From a virus (lineage: Duplodnaviria > Caudoviricetes), in IMG/VR virus record IMGVR_UViG_3300025813_000004, positions 1-59,732 of that record: 59,732 nt of DNA. The stretch is one strand, 5' to 3'. Position 1 is the stretch's first letter. Each line of letters begins with the position of its first letter. A program made the position numbers and the translations under genes. Shown here in pieces: positions 8,900 through 18,065 of this stretch. The notes below the pieces were generated by a model. It was not told the DNA's origin, made no database searches, and saw only the letters and a program-made list of their open reading frames with translations.

Positions 8900-9442
8900 G
8901 AGTTATATTAATACGCTTTTTACATAGCGAAAGCGAGTCTTAAGGGGCGAATGTCAAGCTGGACGTAAAACGTAGCCGTTGCCGATTAGTTAATATCGGA
9001 TGCTTGGCGGTGATGCTTAAACCGCCAACTATACCGTAACCTGTTAAACCCATACAAACGCTTAATTATCTTATGATAATACGGACTAGTTGTATGATGA
9101 GATGAAGCAGGAGCGCATTACGGTAAAATTAGCTAGATTGATCGCTAGCAAGGGCGTGACGGTAGTCACATGTACGTGAAAGCGTGGACGGGGCAATCAC
9201 GACTTTAAAAACACTGGGGTAACTAGAGTTTTGATAAAGGATATGGTTATGAATAATAATTATGTCGCTTAATTTTTAAATGGTTATCAAATATATTGCT
9301 TTTCGGTGGCGGGAAAACGAGAACCGAGCGAGTGTGAAATGTTGGACAAGAGCACAGACTTCTTATGTTAGTCATAAAACATAAATTAGCTGACGAGTAA
9401 GGCTACTTGTTGCGTGCCACAAGCGAAAGTAGACACGCCCTA
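8900..9442 (+). ncRNA. Large structured ncRNA candidate (ROOL/GOLLD class; ROOL-like by size)
   Basis: ~540 nt without a >=60-aa ORF, GC-richer than flanks. Many nested helices (9004-11/9021-28, 9032-39/9118-25, 9051-57/9090-96, 9151-58/9434-41, 9230-37/9284-91) and GNRA loops. Confidence 0.65.
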
Positions 9443-9490
9443 AATATAAAATAATTAAATTAATATAAATAAAATTAAGGATGTGTTTTT

Positions 9491-9661
9491 ATGGATGCTC
9501 AAGAATGTAAAATTAGATCAGAAGAACTACAAAAAGCGTCTTTACCTTTGTTAGAATTTTTGAATAAATACTATAACCCTCATACTTATGCGGTAGTTAC
9601 AGAGGGAAGTGTTGAAATTGTTTGCGGCGAAATGTCGGCTGGTTTACCAGTTAGGGACTAA
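9491..9661 (+). CDS. 56-aa hypothetical protein
   Basis: MDAQECKIRSEELQKASLPLLEFLNKYYNPH...; AAGGA RBS; followed by terminator. Confidence 0.6.
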   Translation: MDAQECKIRSEELQKASLPLLEFLNKYYNPHTYAVVTEGSVEIVCGEMSAGLPVRD

Positions 9662-9676
9662 ACATATAAATACAAC

Positions 9677-9705
9677 AAAAGCACTCTTTATAGAGTGCTT
9701 TTTTA
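9677..9705 (+). terminator. Rho-independent terminator
   Basis: AAAAGCACTCT-TAT-AGAGTGCTTTTTT. Confidence 0.8.
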
Positions 9706-10027
9706 ATGCGTAAATAAGAAAGGAGCTAAGTAATGCAACACAGACAATGTAGCGGATGTTTTCACTACGACCAAAAAAATGATACATGCAAAAGTCAATC
9801 ACCATGCTTGAGATGTTCTGGATTCGACCCTATTAATGTTTGCTATAGTGAGTTTAGCAAACGAGGGAAAAAAGAGATTAGAGGAATAGTTTAGATGAAA
9901 GATAAAGAAACGCAAGAAGCTGAATTTGAAAGCAACTGCAAGAAAATAAGTAAAAAAGATGCTTATAGAAAACATGTTTTAAGAATGACAGGATGCAGAA
10001 AAAATAAATACAATTAAATAAATAATT

Positions 10028-10053
10028 AAGTCACCTTAATTGGTGGCTTTTTT
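10028..10053 (+). terminator. Rho-independent terminator (UUAAUU loop)
   Basis: AAGTCACC-TTAATT-GGTGGCTT + T tract. Confidence 0.8.
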
Positions 10054-10074
10054 ATTTGAGAGAAGGTGTAATTT

Positions 10075-10287
10075 GTGGTAACGTTTAAAAAATATAATTA
10101 TAAGATTGAAATTTTAGATAGTGTTTTCGATAAGATGCTTGAGTATTGCGATTACGATAAAGATACTCTTATAAATAAAATATTACAATCTAATGTATAT
10201 ATAGGAGCAATAGAGCAAAAACATAAAATAAAAAATAGTGATTTAATATACAAAAAAATGGAGGTAATTAGATGCCTGTATGGATAG
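10075..10287 (+). CDS. hypothetical protein
   Basis: ORF with RBS. Confidence 0.55.
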   Translation: MVTFKKYNYKIEILDSVFDKMLEYCDYDKDTLINKILQSNVYIGAIEQKHKIKNSDLIYKKMEVIRCLYG

Positions 10288-10478
10288 AATTAAAACCGAA
10301 TAGCGTTATATTTAACAATAATATTCAAACTTTAGAGTATGGACTTAAAAAAATATTAAAGGACTGTGAAGTTGTTGAGTGCATTGATTATGGATATAAG
10401 AAAGTCTGGAAAGTAGATAAAGAACCGCACCAAAATAATATATATGGACTTAAATTTAATACTATTTTATCGGAATGA
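10272..10478 (+). CDS. hypothetical protein
   Basis: GGAGG RBS; coupled to neighbours. Confidence 0.55.
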   Translation: MPVWIELKPNSVIFNNNIQTLEYGLKKILKDCEVVECIDYGYKKVWKVDKEPHQNNIYGLKFNTILSE

Positions 10479-10717
10479 GGAGAAAAATGCAGATTAATGA
10501 CGAAACGATAATTATTTTATTATCTATGGCTATTGTGCTCCTTTTTATTTTAATAGTTTGTAAAATACTGAATAATAAAAAAGAAAAACAATTTTTAGAT
10601 AATCATAATATTTATAAGCAAATAGTTGCCGAGCTACAAGATTTTCAGAAAGAAATAGATAGAATAAAAAAAGAGTTTCAAAAAGACGTAGATAAAATAA
10701 AAAATAAAGGACTGTAA
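10475..10717 (+). CDS. small membrane protein
   Basis: One hydrophobic segment then coiled coil. Confidence 0.6.
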   Translation: MRRKMQINDETIIILLSMAIVLLFILIVCKILNNKKEKQFLDNHNIYKQIVAELQDFQKEIDRIKKEFQKDVDKIKNKGL

Positions 10718-10722
10718 AAAAT

Positions 10723-10962
10723 ATGTTTGGAATAGAAGTAATGCCAATAAGTAATTTTACATTTACTACATGGATGATTGATAAAATAAATTTAACCTTT
10801 GGACAATTTGCTATTAAATATTTATTTTTTAATTTAACAGTTGTATTGCCAATAGGATTAGCTATTATTGGTACATATCTGTATTTTGCAATGCATAGGA
10901 AAAACGAATTAGAAATGAAGCCAAATGATGGCAGATGGAGGGAAATGAGGAGATTTAAATAA
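10723..10962 (+). CDS. small membrane protein
   Basis: Hydrophobic segment; RBS. Confidence 0.55.
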   Translation: MFGIEVMPISNFTFTTWMIDKINLTFGQFAIKYLFFNLTVVLPIGLAIIGTYLYFAMHRKNELEMKPNDGRWREMRRFK

Positions 10963-11351
10963 TGAAAAGTTTGATATTTAGGGATATTAAAATAACTTAT
11001 CCTGACAATTGGGAAAAAGGAGAAGCATTAGGCTACGCAATGAAAGAAGCACATAATAGAGAAAACGGTATTATCAAAGAACTTATTTTCACAGAAACAG
11101 AAGAATATATTAATACCGAAGTAACGTATTTGGATCGTAAAGAAACCATTAAACCACAAATTGGTAATATTTTAAATAAAAAATGTATAATTTGCAATAA
11201 AAATATTAATGGTAAAGGAATTTTTATTGCAAATATACATGAAAAGATCATTTATTGCCATGAAGAATGTTTTAAAATAGCCGTTAAAAATAATGATAAA
11301 CCAATTATAAAAAAGCGTGTTTTTGGAAGTGCATATGGGAATACAAAATAA
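10962..11351 (+). CDS. hypothetical protein with C-terminal Cys/His zinc-like motif
   Basis: CIIC...CHEEC; followed by terminator 11369-11400. Confidence 0.6.
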   Translation: MKSLIFRDIKITYPDNWEKGEALGYAMKEAHNRENGIIKELIFTETEEYINTEVTYLDRKETIKPQIGNILNKKCIICNKNINGKGIFIANIHEKIIYCHEECFKIAVKNNDKPIIKKRVFGSAYGNTK

Positions 11352-11415
11352 TATAATTCAAGCAATTTAGCCGATATTTTTATATATCGGTATTTTTTAT
11401 GACTAAAAATTATAA

Positions 11416-11916
11416 GTGGAGCGTGATTTTATGATAATTGATATTGAAAAGCAAAATAAAACAGCTATGAAATGGATACTTAATTATTACGAGTTAAAAA
11501 AGGCTTACATAGAACGATCAGCAAACTTTAGCACATTAGGTGCAACGCAATATGATGGTATGCCACATGGAACTAGTGTTGGCAATCCATGTGCTAATAA
11601 AACAATGACATTATTAGATTTAGAAGAATCACGTAAATGGATTATGGTTATTGAAAAAATGGAACAAACATTATCTGAAAAAAGTAGAAAATATCTTGAA
11701 ATTAGAAGAGATGCTGCAAGCCAAATAAAGAGCAATAAGGGAATTGGTAGACCTGGATGGGTTGATTATGCCCAAGTAAAATACATAGATTGGTTTAAGT
11801 ATAGATATGGCAAGGAAATTGATGCACCAACCAAACAATGTATGACAGGATGGATGAATAAAATTTTAGATGTAACAATTAGAATTGCATTTAACGATAA
11901 AGTTTTAAAAATATAA
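11416..11916 (+). CDS. Second ArpU/RinA-like transcriptional regulator
   Basis: WILNYYE...QYDGMPHGTSVGNP...WIMVIEKM pattern; followed by TATAAT at 11951. Confidence 0.65.
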   Translation: MERDFMIIDIEKQNKTAMKWILNYYELKKAYIERSANFSTLGATQYDGMPHGTSVGNPCANKTMTLLDLEESRKWIMVIEKMEQTLSEKSRKYLEIRRDAASQIKSNKGIGRPGWVDYAQVKYIDWFKYRYGKEIDAPTKQCMTGWMNKILDVTIRIAFNDKVLKI

Positions 11917-12009
11917 TTTAGTCAATGACCAAAGTCAACGAAAACGGTAGTATAATTACATTATCGAAAGTATGCGAAACAGGACTTATAATTTTATAAG
12001 CATAATATT

Positions 12010-12045
12010 AAGCACTTACATCTTAATTGGTGTAGGTGCTTTTTA
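12010..12045. terminator. Hairpin terminator (UUAAUU loop), probably bidirectional
   Basis: AAGCACTTACATC-TTAATT-GGTGTAGGTGCTTTTT between convergent units. Confidence 0.8.
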
Positions 12046-12062
12046 GTTTGCAGAAAAAAGAG

Positions 12063-12218
12063 CTACTTTGCGGTAGCCCTCAGTTGTTGAATATATTCTT
12101 TTACTAATACAAGTTCATCTGGTGTAACTAATATAAAATGCCTAGTTGCATCGGGTGGAGCTTGTTTTTTTCTGCCTGAGTTGGCGCGTTTACCGCCATG
12201 AGTTGATTTAGTTTGCAT
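12063..12218 (-). CDS. small basic DNA-binding protein (HGGKRxNSGRK motif)
   Basis: MQTKSTHGGKRANSGRKK...; AAGGAG RBS. Confidence 0.7.
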   Translation of the reverse strand: MQTKSTHGGKRANSGRKKQAPPDATRHFILVTPDELVLVKEYIQQLRATAK

Positions 12219-12231
12219 ATAGGTAATCTCC

Positions 12232-12429
12232 TTAGTTGTTAATATAAATGTCTTTTTTACCGTTATATTCGTTTGAAATAAACACTTCGCAATCTCCATC
12301 ATTATAAACGATGATGTTTTCAGGGTATTCATTTTCTTCTAACTCAATTTCACAATCAGGAGATAAAGTAAAATCATTGTCGCTGACCTCAAATGAAATT
12401 TTAAAATTTGTTTTATTTACATATCTCAT
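12232..12429 (-). CDS. hypothetical acidic protein (moron cassette)
   Basis: AAGGAG RBS; opposite strand to the late operon. Confidence 0.6.
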   Translation of the reverse strand: MRYVNKTNFKISFEVSDNDFTLSPDCEIELEENEYPENIIVYNDGDCEVFISNEYNGKKDIYINN

Positions 12430-12568
12430 TTTTAAAAAACTCCTTTTATCAGCCGCTTCTTTTCAAGCTGTCGCTGTATCTTTTAACTTGATTTAAGTAT
12501 AACATATCAAAACAATAATGTCAACATGATTTTATAAACTTTTTTCAAAAAATAAAAAGAGGTTAAAT

Positions 12569-12883
12569 ATGCTACAAAAGTTAAATATCACAAGATTAAA
12601 AGGCAAAGCAATATCAATACTTAATGATGAAATACACGAAAGAGATAACTATAAATGTATTATTGATGGTTGTTATAATAATATAGATGATGATGAAAAG
12701 TTTCATCATGAAAAACGTAATGGATTAAAGAACGATGTGATACAAGAAGGAATATCATTATGTTACAAGCACCATCAAGACAGGCATTTTGGCGATAATA
12801 GTAAAGAAATAAAGCGACAATGCGTTACATATTTAAGCAAGATATATCCTGATTATTGGAAGGATGCTGATATAGATGGATAA
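12569..12883 (+). CDS. HNH-like small nuclease
   Basis: ERDNYKCII.GC...FHHE...LCYKHHQDRH. Confidence 0.65.
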   Translation: MLQKLNITRLKGKAISILNDEIHERDNYKCIIDGCYNNIDDDEKFHHEKRNGLKNDVIQEGISLCYKHHQDRHFGDNSKEIKRQCVTYLSKIYPDYWKDADIDG

Positions 12884-13265
12884 ATTTGAAATACCAGAAA
12901 ACCCTACACAATTACAATTAAATCAATCATTGTCAACATGCGCTAACAATATTTCAAAGATAATAGATATAGTAGCCAAATACAAAGCCAACGCATCAAT
13001 AGCACAGACCAAATACAAAAGGTTACTAGCAAAAGCTAAAATAAAGAATGCAAGCGCAAAGACAGCGACAATGCAAAATGCTTTAGCAGAAATAGATGAA
13101 AGTGTAATAACGGCACAGGATGAGCTAGAACAAGCAAATGCGATATTTTTAGTAGCAGAAGCGGAGCTGGAAGGCTGGCAAGCACAGTTTGTAGCAGTAC
13201 GTAAGATGTGCTCGTTAAAAGAAACAGAAGTTAAGAACGGATTAGATAGATATACAGGTGGATAA
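12876..13265 (+). CDS. hypothetical coiled-coil protein
   Basis: Helical Ala/Lys-rich ORF coupled to upstream gene. Confidence 0.65.
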   Translation: MDKFEIPENPTQLQLNQSLSTCANNISKIIDIVAKYKANASIAQTKYKRLLAKAKIKNASAKTATMQNALAEIDESVITAQDELEQANAIFLVAEAELEGWQAQFVAVRKMCSLKETEVKNGLDRYTGG

Positions 13266-13361
13266 TGGATATAGATAATATAATTGGATTTACAATAGTA
13301 CTAGTATTTACAACGATAACAATTAATATAAAGTAACAAAAGTAACATAGGAGTAAAGTAG

Positions 13362-13955
13362 GTGGGGGATGTGTCAAGAGATGAATTTTGCGATAAATGC
13401 GAACTAATCGAAGAATGCAATCGATTAAAAATAGAATGTAATGCCCTGAATGCTTTATGCAAAATAGGCATAACAGAAGATAGACAGCGCAAAAGAGAAT
13501 TAATTATTGAATATGCTAAACAACTAGATATTATAGAATATGAACCTTCTAAAGAAATGCAAGAGCTAGGAGAAAAGGTTATTTCACATGTTCAGGAATT
13601 AAACTTTATAGATGAATTTGAAATAAGAATTGGATATGTCATTAGTTATGAAGCTAAAAAGAAAGATGGTAGAACGGTAGCAGCAGATTGTAGGAAAGTA
13701 ACAAGTTCTTATATGGCATATTTACCATTTGATTTTATAGTAACTTTTTATGAACCTAATATGTCTTACATGACTGAAAATCAAAAGAAAATTTTGATGA
13801 TACATGAATTAAAGCATATAGAAATTGGTTATAGGGGATTAAAAATAAAACCACATGATATAGAAGACTTTGAAATAATATTAAAAGAATATGGTATAAA
13901 TTGGAATGATTTTAATAAAGATGTTCCAGATATATTTAAGTTAAAAAGCGAGTAG
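13362..13955 (+). CDS. Putative phage metallopeptidase
   Basis: FDFIVTFYE...LMIHELKHI...PHDIEDF (HExxH); just upstream of terS. Confidence 0.75.
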   Translation: MGDVSRDEFCDKCELIEECNRLKIECNALNALCKIGITEDRQRKRELIIEYAKQLDIIEYEPSKEMQELGEKVISHVQELNFIDEFEIRIGYVISYEAKKKDGRTVAADCRKVTSSYMAYLPFDFIVTFYEPNMSYMTENQKKILMIHELKHIEIGYRGLKIKPHDIEDFEIILKEYGINWNDFNKDVPDIFKLKSE

Positions 13956-13963
13956 GTGGTGTT

Positions 13964-14500
13964 ATGGAAAAGAAAAAGAAAACCACTAAAAAGAAAACAA
14001 AAAAGAGTGCACAAACCGTCAGAGAATGGATGCCTAGCGCGCAATTAATAGCAATGGCAGAGATGCTTGCCGATCCTGCTGATAGAAGAACTAAAGGCGA
14101 AAAGATTAAAGATGCAGGACTGACGGAGAGGAATTTTTATCGGTGGATGAAAGATGAACGATATATAAATTACATAAACAACATTGTTGATAAATATACT
14201 AACTCAGATTTGCCGGATGTATGGAAAGCCTTAATGCGTAAATGTAAGATAGGCGATACTACAGCGATTAAGTTACTGTTTGATATAAAAGGAATGTTTC
14301 CTGAGTTTAAAAATAAGAAATGGTATCAAGAGCAATGTTTGGAAATTGAACGGAAAAAACTTTCTATTATAGAAGTTAAAAATGGTAATGGTGTTAATGT
14401 AATAGAAGAAACAAACAAAAAGATGCTTATATTGGCTGATATGCTAAATAATCCTTCAAAAGATAGATTGATGCAAGATTTTAGAAGCGAGGATGATTAA
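13964..14500 (+). CDS. terS: Terminase small subunit (HTH, phBC6A51-like)
   Basis: HTH with TERNFYRWMKDERY...GDTTAIKL; position upstream of terL. Confidence 0.7.
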   Translation: MEKKKKTTKKKTKKSAQTVREWMPSAQLIAMAEMLADPADRRTKGEKIKDAGLTERNFYRWMKDERYINYINNIVDKYTNSDLPDVWKALMRKCKIGDTTAIKLLFDIKGMFPEFKNKKWYQEQCLEIERKKLSIIEVKNGNGVNVIEETNKKMLILADMLNNPSKDRLMQDFRSEDD

Positions 14501-14640
14501 TATGGAATTGTTTTTTTATAACGCTATACATATGACGAGAATGGAATGGATTATCGAATACTGGTACGTACATTTAGCATTAGTAATTATTGCTGTTACT
14601 TGTTGGGAATTTATCGAAAAAAAGTTAAGAGGTAATACAG

Positions 14641-14826
14641 ATGAAAATAGTTAAGTTTATTACAGTAGAAGATAACAAAGAAAGATACTTTAATATAGAA
14701 CATATAGTTGAGTTTGTAGCAACCAAAGGAAATGAGCAAACACAAACGTGTATTACTTTAGTTAATGGTAATTTTTACAATATTCTTTGTAATGTAGAAG
14801 AAGTAGCTTGGCAACTGCAAAGTTAG
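14641..14826 (+). CDS. hypothetical protein
   Basis: GAGGT RBS. Confidence 0.55.
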   Translation: MKIVKFITVEDNKERYFNIEHIVEFVATKGNEQTQTCITLVNGNFYNILCNVEEVAWQLQS

Positions 14827-14929
14827 CTATTAAATAAAAATACAATATTAATGCATAATATACATAAAAGTGCTAAAATAAACGGGTTTTAATAAAAATG
14901 TGTGAATAAATATTTAGGATGGTGTAAAT

Positions 14930-15202
14930 ATGTTTACATTAGATGATTTACCGAAGCATAAATGCTCTTTGACTTTATCTCATAATGAGCATAAAGATAG
15001 TTATATTACAGTTAAAGAATGGCTGGATTTTATTTCTTGTTATGATGATGAATGGAAGAATGAAGAACAAAAACAACGAGCAATAGATACTAATGAAATA
15101 TGGGAGCTGCATTGGTATCCAAATACGCCAACAGGTTTTTGCCGATTGCTTGCACCGACATTAGAAGAATTATTAAAGCTAATGAAAGAACGCAAGGAAT
15201 AG
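14930..15202 (+). CDS. hypothetical protein
   Basis: ORF with WELHWYPNTPTGF motif. Confidence 0.65.
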   Translation: MFTLDDLPKHKCSLTLSHNEHKDSYITVKEWLDFISCYDDEWKNEEQKQRAIDTNEIWELHWYPNTPTGFCRLLAPTLEELLKLMKERKE

Positions 15203-15220
15203 ATATTGAAAGGTGATAAC

Positions 15221-15507
15221 ATGCTTTGGTTTACAAGAGATAAAGAAATAGAAATGTGTGAATAAATATTTAAAGTAGGCGATTTAATGGGCGTTATAGT
15301 TGCAAAATGGACATGCGATAAATGCGGCAAGCAAATGTCGGTAATAGATTATAATTATAGTGCAGTTGATTTATGTGTGAGATGTGGTAATCCTAGAAAG
15401 ATTCCACCAAGACCACCAATGCCTAAAATCATGTATGATACACAGAATATAAATAATGTTAAAGTAGGCGATAATATGCTTTGGTTTACAAGAGATAAAG
15501 AAATAGA
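15221..15507 (+). repeat. 32-bp direct repeat ATGCTTTGGTTTACAAGAGATAAAGAAATAGA (15221-15252 and 15476-15507)
   Basis: Exact match. Additional repeats at 14896-14916/15252-15272 (21 bp) and 15270-15283/15459-15472 (14 bp). Confidence 0.95.
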
Positions 15508-15733
15508 GTTGTTAAAACTAGAGAATAAGCAGTTAGCAAAAGAATATACAGAGATACAAAACGCAGCAATAAATAGACTGAATCGTGCATCTAAATGTAT
15601 GGAAGAACAAAATTTAGTCATATCTAATTTAAGATCAGCAAACAAAGGTTTGCTTTATCATATTAAAGATCAAGAATCGTGGATTGAACGTCAAGAAGAC
15701 ACGATAAGAAAATTAGAAGAACAAAAGGGATAG
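15287..15733 (+). CDS. Fusion ORF: zinc-ribbon gene read through into a coiled-coil gene (internal start 15476)
   Basis: CDKC...CVRC N-part; second RBS+ATG at 15476. Confidence 0.6.
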   Translation: MGVIVAKWTCDKCGKQMSVIDYNYSAVDLCVRCGNPRKIPPRPPMPKIMYDTQNINNVKVGDNMLWFTRDKEIELLKLENKQLAKEYTEIQNAAINRLNRASKCMEEQNLVISNLRSANKGLLYHIKDQESWIERQEDTIRKLEEQKG

Positions 15734-15934
15734 GTGTTATTGTGAGCACAGAAACTATGAATTATATAATACTTTATAGTAATACAATTACTGGAATTGC
15801 TAATACAATTAGTATTATACTTCTAGTTAAAATACTAATGCATAAATAACGCATAATACCTCTAAATATACAATTTGTATTTAAAATATAATACAAAAAG
15901 AGTAGTAATCATCTAAAACCTTATAAACTCTATA

Positions 15935-15975
15935 AAAATAAGTTCTGATAAGAATAATTTATCGGAACTTATTTT
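15935..15975. other. Inverted repeat with dif/tyrosine-recombinase-site-like 11-7-11 core
   Basis: AGTTCTGATAA-GAATAAT-TTATCGGAACT within a 17-bp stem. Confidence 0.45.
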
Positions 15976-15996
15976 ATTTTAAAGGCAGTGATTTAA

Positions 15997-16755
15997 ATGA
16001 GCAGATTAATTAATATAAATAATTATATTGGAAATAAATATGGCAGATTAAAAGTCATGTATGAAGTTCCAATAAAAAACAAAGGCAAGCGTAGAGTTCA
16101 TTGCAAGTGCGATTGTGGTAATGAGATGGATGCAGATTTATATTCATTGCGAAGATCATTTACTCGTTCTTGTGGTTGTTACAATAATGAAATTAGAAAA
16201 GTAACATGCAGCAGTAATTTTTATAAAGGTTCAAATACAATTATTAAATATGCTGAACATGCAGAAGTTGTAATTGTTGATAATAACAATAATGAAAAAT
16301 GCCGTACCATTATAGATTTAGATGATGTTGATAAGATAATAGAATATAGATGGGTTTTTAATGGCGATTATATAATGACAAATAAAACAAATGATGGTAA
16401 TCCAATTTTGATGCATCGTTTTATTTTGCCTGTTGAAAATTTTGTTGACCATATTAATCACAATAAACTAGATAATAGAAAATGTAATTTACGAGAAGCA
16501 ACCAATCAGCAAAACATTATGAATTCTCGTATAAAATCAACAAACAAATCAGGATTTAAAGGCGTAAGCCGTGATAATAAACGAAATAAATGGTCTGCTA
16601 CTATTGGCTTTAATTATAAAACAATTCATTTAGGACGTTTTAATAATAAAGAAGATGCAATAAAAGCTAGACAAGAAGCTGAACTTTTATATTTTGGGGA
16701 ATTTTCACCACTTCATAGTGTTGATAATTCTGGAGGTGATTTCGCCCTTGGCTAA
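15997..16755 (+). CDS. HNH homing endonuclease with C-terminal AP2 domain
   Basis: CKCDCG, VDHINHNKLDNRKCNLR, SGFKGV...KWSATI...HLGRF...EDAIKARQEAE. Confidence 0.92.
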   Translation: MSRLININNYIGNKYGRLKVMYEVPIKNKGKRRVHCKCDCGNEMDADLYSLRRSFTRSCGCYNNEIRKVTCSSNFYKGSNTIIKYAEHAEVVIVDNNNNEKCRTIIDLDDVDKIIEYRWVFNGDYIMTNKTNDGNPILMHRFILPVENFVDHINHNKLDNRKCNLREATNQQNIMNSRIKSTNKSGFKGVSRDNKRNKWSATIGFNYKTIHLGRFNNKEDAIKARQEAELLYFGEFSPLHSVDNSGGDFALG

Positions 16756-18051
16756 TTATGCACCATTCACAGAAACACAATCTACATACATAAAAGAGTC
16801 TTTAAAACATAATAACTGGTGTAATGTGCTCGAGGGCGGTTAAGCAAAAGATCGGGCAAAAATGTACTGAATGTTATTGCGTTTTGTGCAAATCTAGAAA
16901 CACATCCAGATAAATTACATCTAGCAGCAGGCGTTAGTAATGCAATGGCACGATTAAACTTGCTAGATAGTAACGATTTTGGCATTAAAGCATATTTCAA
17001 AGGCAAATGCCGAGAAGGTAAATATAACGATAAAGATGCACTTTACGTTCAAACGAAAACAGGCGAAAAGATAGTATTGATTGCAGGGGGAGCCAAGGCC
17101 GGAAGTGCCAAAATGATTAAAGGACTTTCGATAGGCATGGTAGCTTGCTCAGAAGTTAATGAATGTGATGAAGAATTTGTTAAAGAAATGTTTGATAGAA
17201 CAATGGCAAGTTCACGTAGAAAGTTGTTTTTTGATTTAAATCCTAAAGGTGAATTACATTGGTGGTATGAAATCCAAAATCTACAAGAACAAAATAAAAT
17301 AAAGAATCCTCAATATGGTTACAATTACGCACATTTAACTATATTTAATAACTTGTCATTATCAGATGAAAAAGTAAAACAGATATTAAGTACATACAAT
17401 AAAAAATCAATATGGTATCAACGTGATATACTAGGCCTTCGCAAAAATGCAGAAGGTCTTATTTATGATATGTTTGGTGCTGATAATCAATATGAAGATG
17501 GACAAGGCGGCCCTGATTACAATTTATTGTACAAACGGTATTATTCAATAGATTATGGTACAGTTAATCCTTTCTCTTGTCATGAATATATTGAGCAGAC
17601 GATTGAGCGAAACACTATCTATTATGTCGAAGATGAATTTTATTATGATTCTAAAAAAGAAAAGAAACAAAAAGCTGATAGAGAATATGCCGATGATTTA
17701 CATAACTTTATTGATAACAAAAGATATTTAGGTATAATCATTGATCCAAGTGCATCAAGTTTTAAAGCTGAATTGAGAAAGAGAAGTTTAAAACCACGCG
17801 AAGCAGATGACCTAATTAATGCAGACAATGAAGTACTAAACGGAATTAGACTTGTTGCTACAATGTTTCAAGCTGGTAAGTTATTTATAAATAAAACAAA
17901 ATGCCCTAATTTAATTAGAGAATTAAACTCTTACCTTTGGGATGAAAAAGCATCTGAGCGCGGAGTTGAAAAACCTATTAAAGAAAATGACCACGGGCCA
18001 GATGATTTGCGTTATTTCTGCAAAACAGTCGTTAAGTCATACAGAATATAA
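16748..18051 (+). CDS. terL: Terminase large subunit (PBSX-like), reading frame interrupted by a stop plus 5 extra nt at 16841-16845
   Basis: GGAGGTGA RBS, TTG start; ...WCNVLEGG*|KRSGKNV. Downstream frame has Walker B (SEVNE), DLNP coupling motif and nuclease IDYG/DPSA/DHGPDDLRY. Confidence 0.88.
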
Positions 18052-18065
18052 AGGAGTGTTACATT

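Noticed and set aside
9388-9432. Hammerhead ribozyme (CTGACGAG...CGAAA)
   Set aside because: Core-like words are present, but no clean stem II forms and the partner strand for stem III lies in the wrong order; better explained as part of the larger RNA.
8880-10070. tRNA genes in the non-coding region
   Set aside because: No convincing cloverleaf with T-loop GTTCRA and acceptor stem found by eye; tRNAscan-SE would settle it.
16945-18051. terL starting at ATG 16945 as in the ORF track
   Set aside because: It would lack the Walker A region; the RBS and N-terminus lie at 16732-16840.
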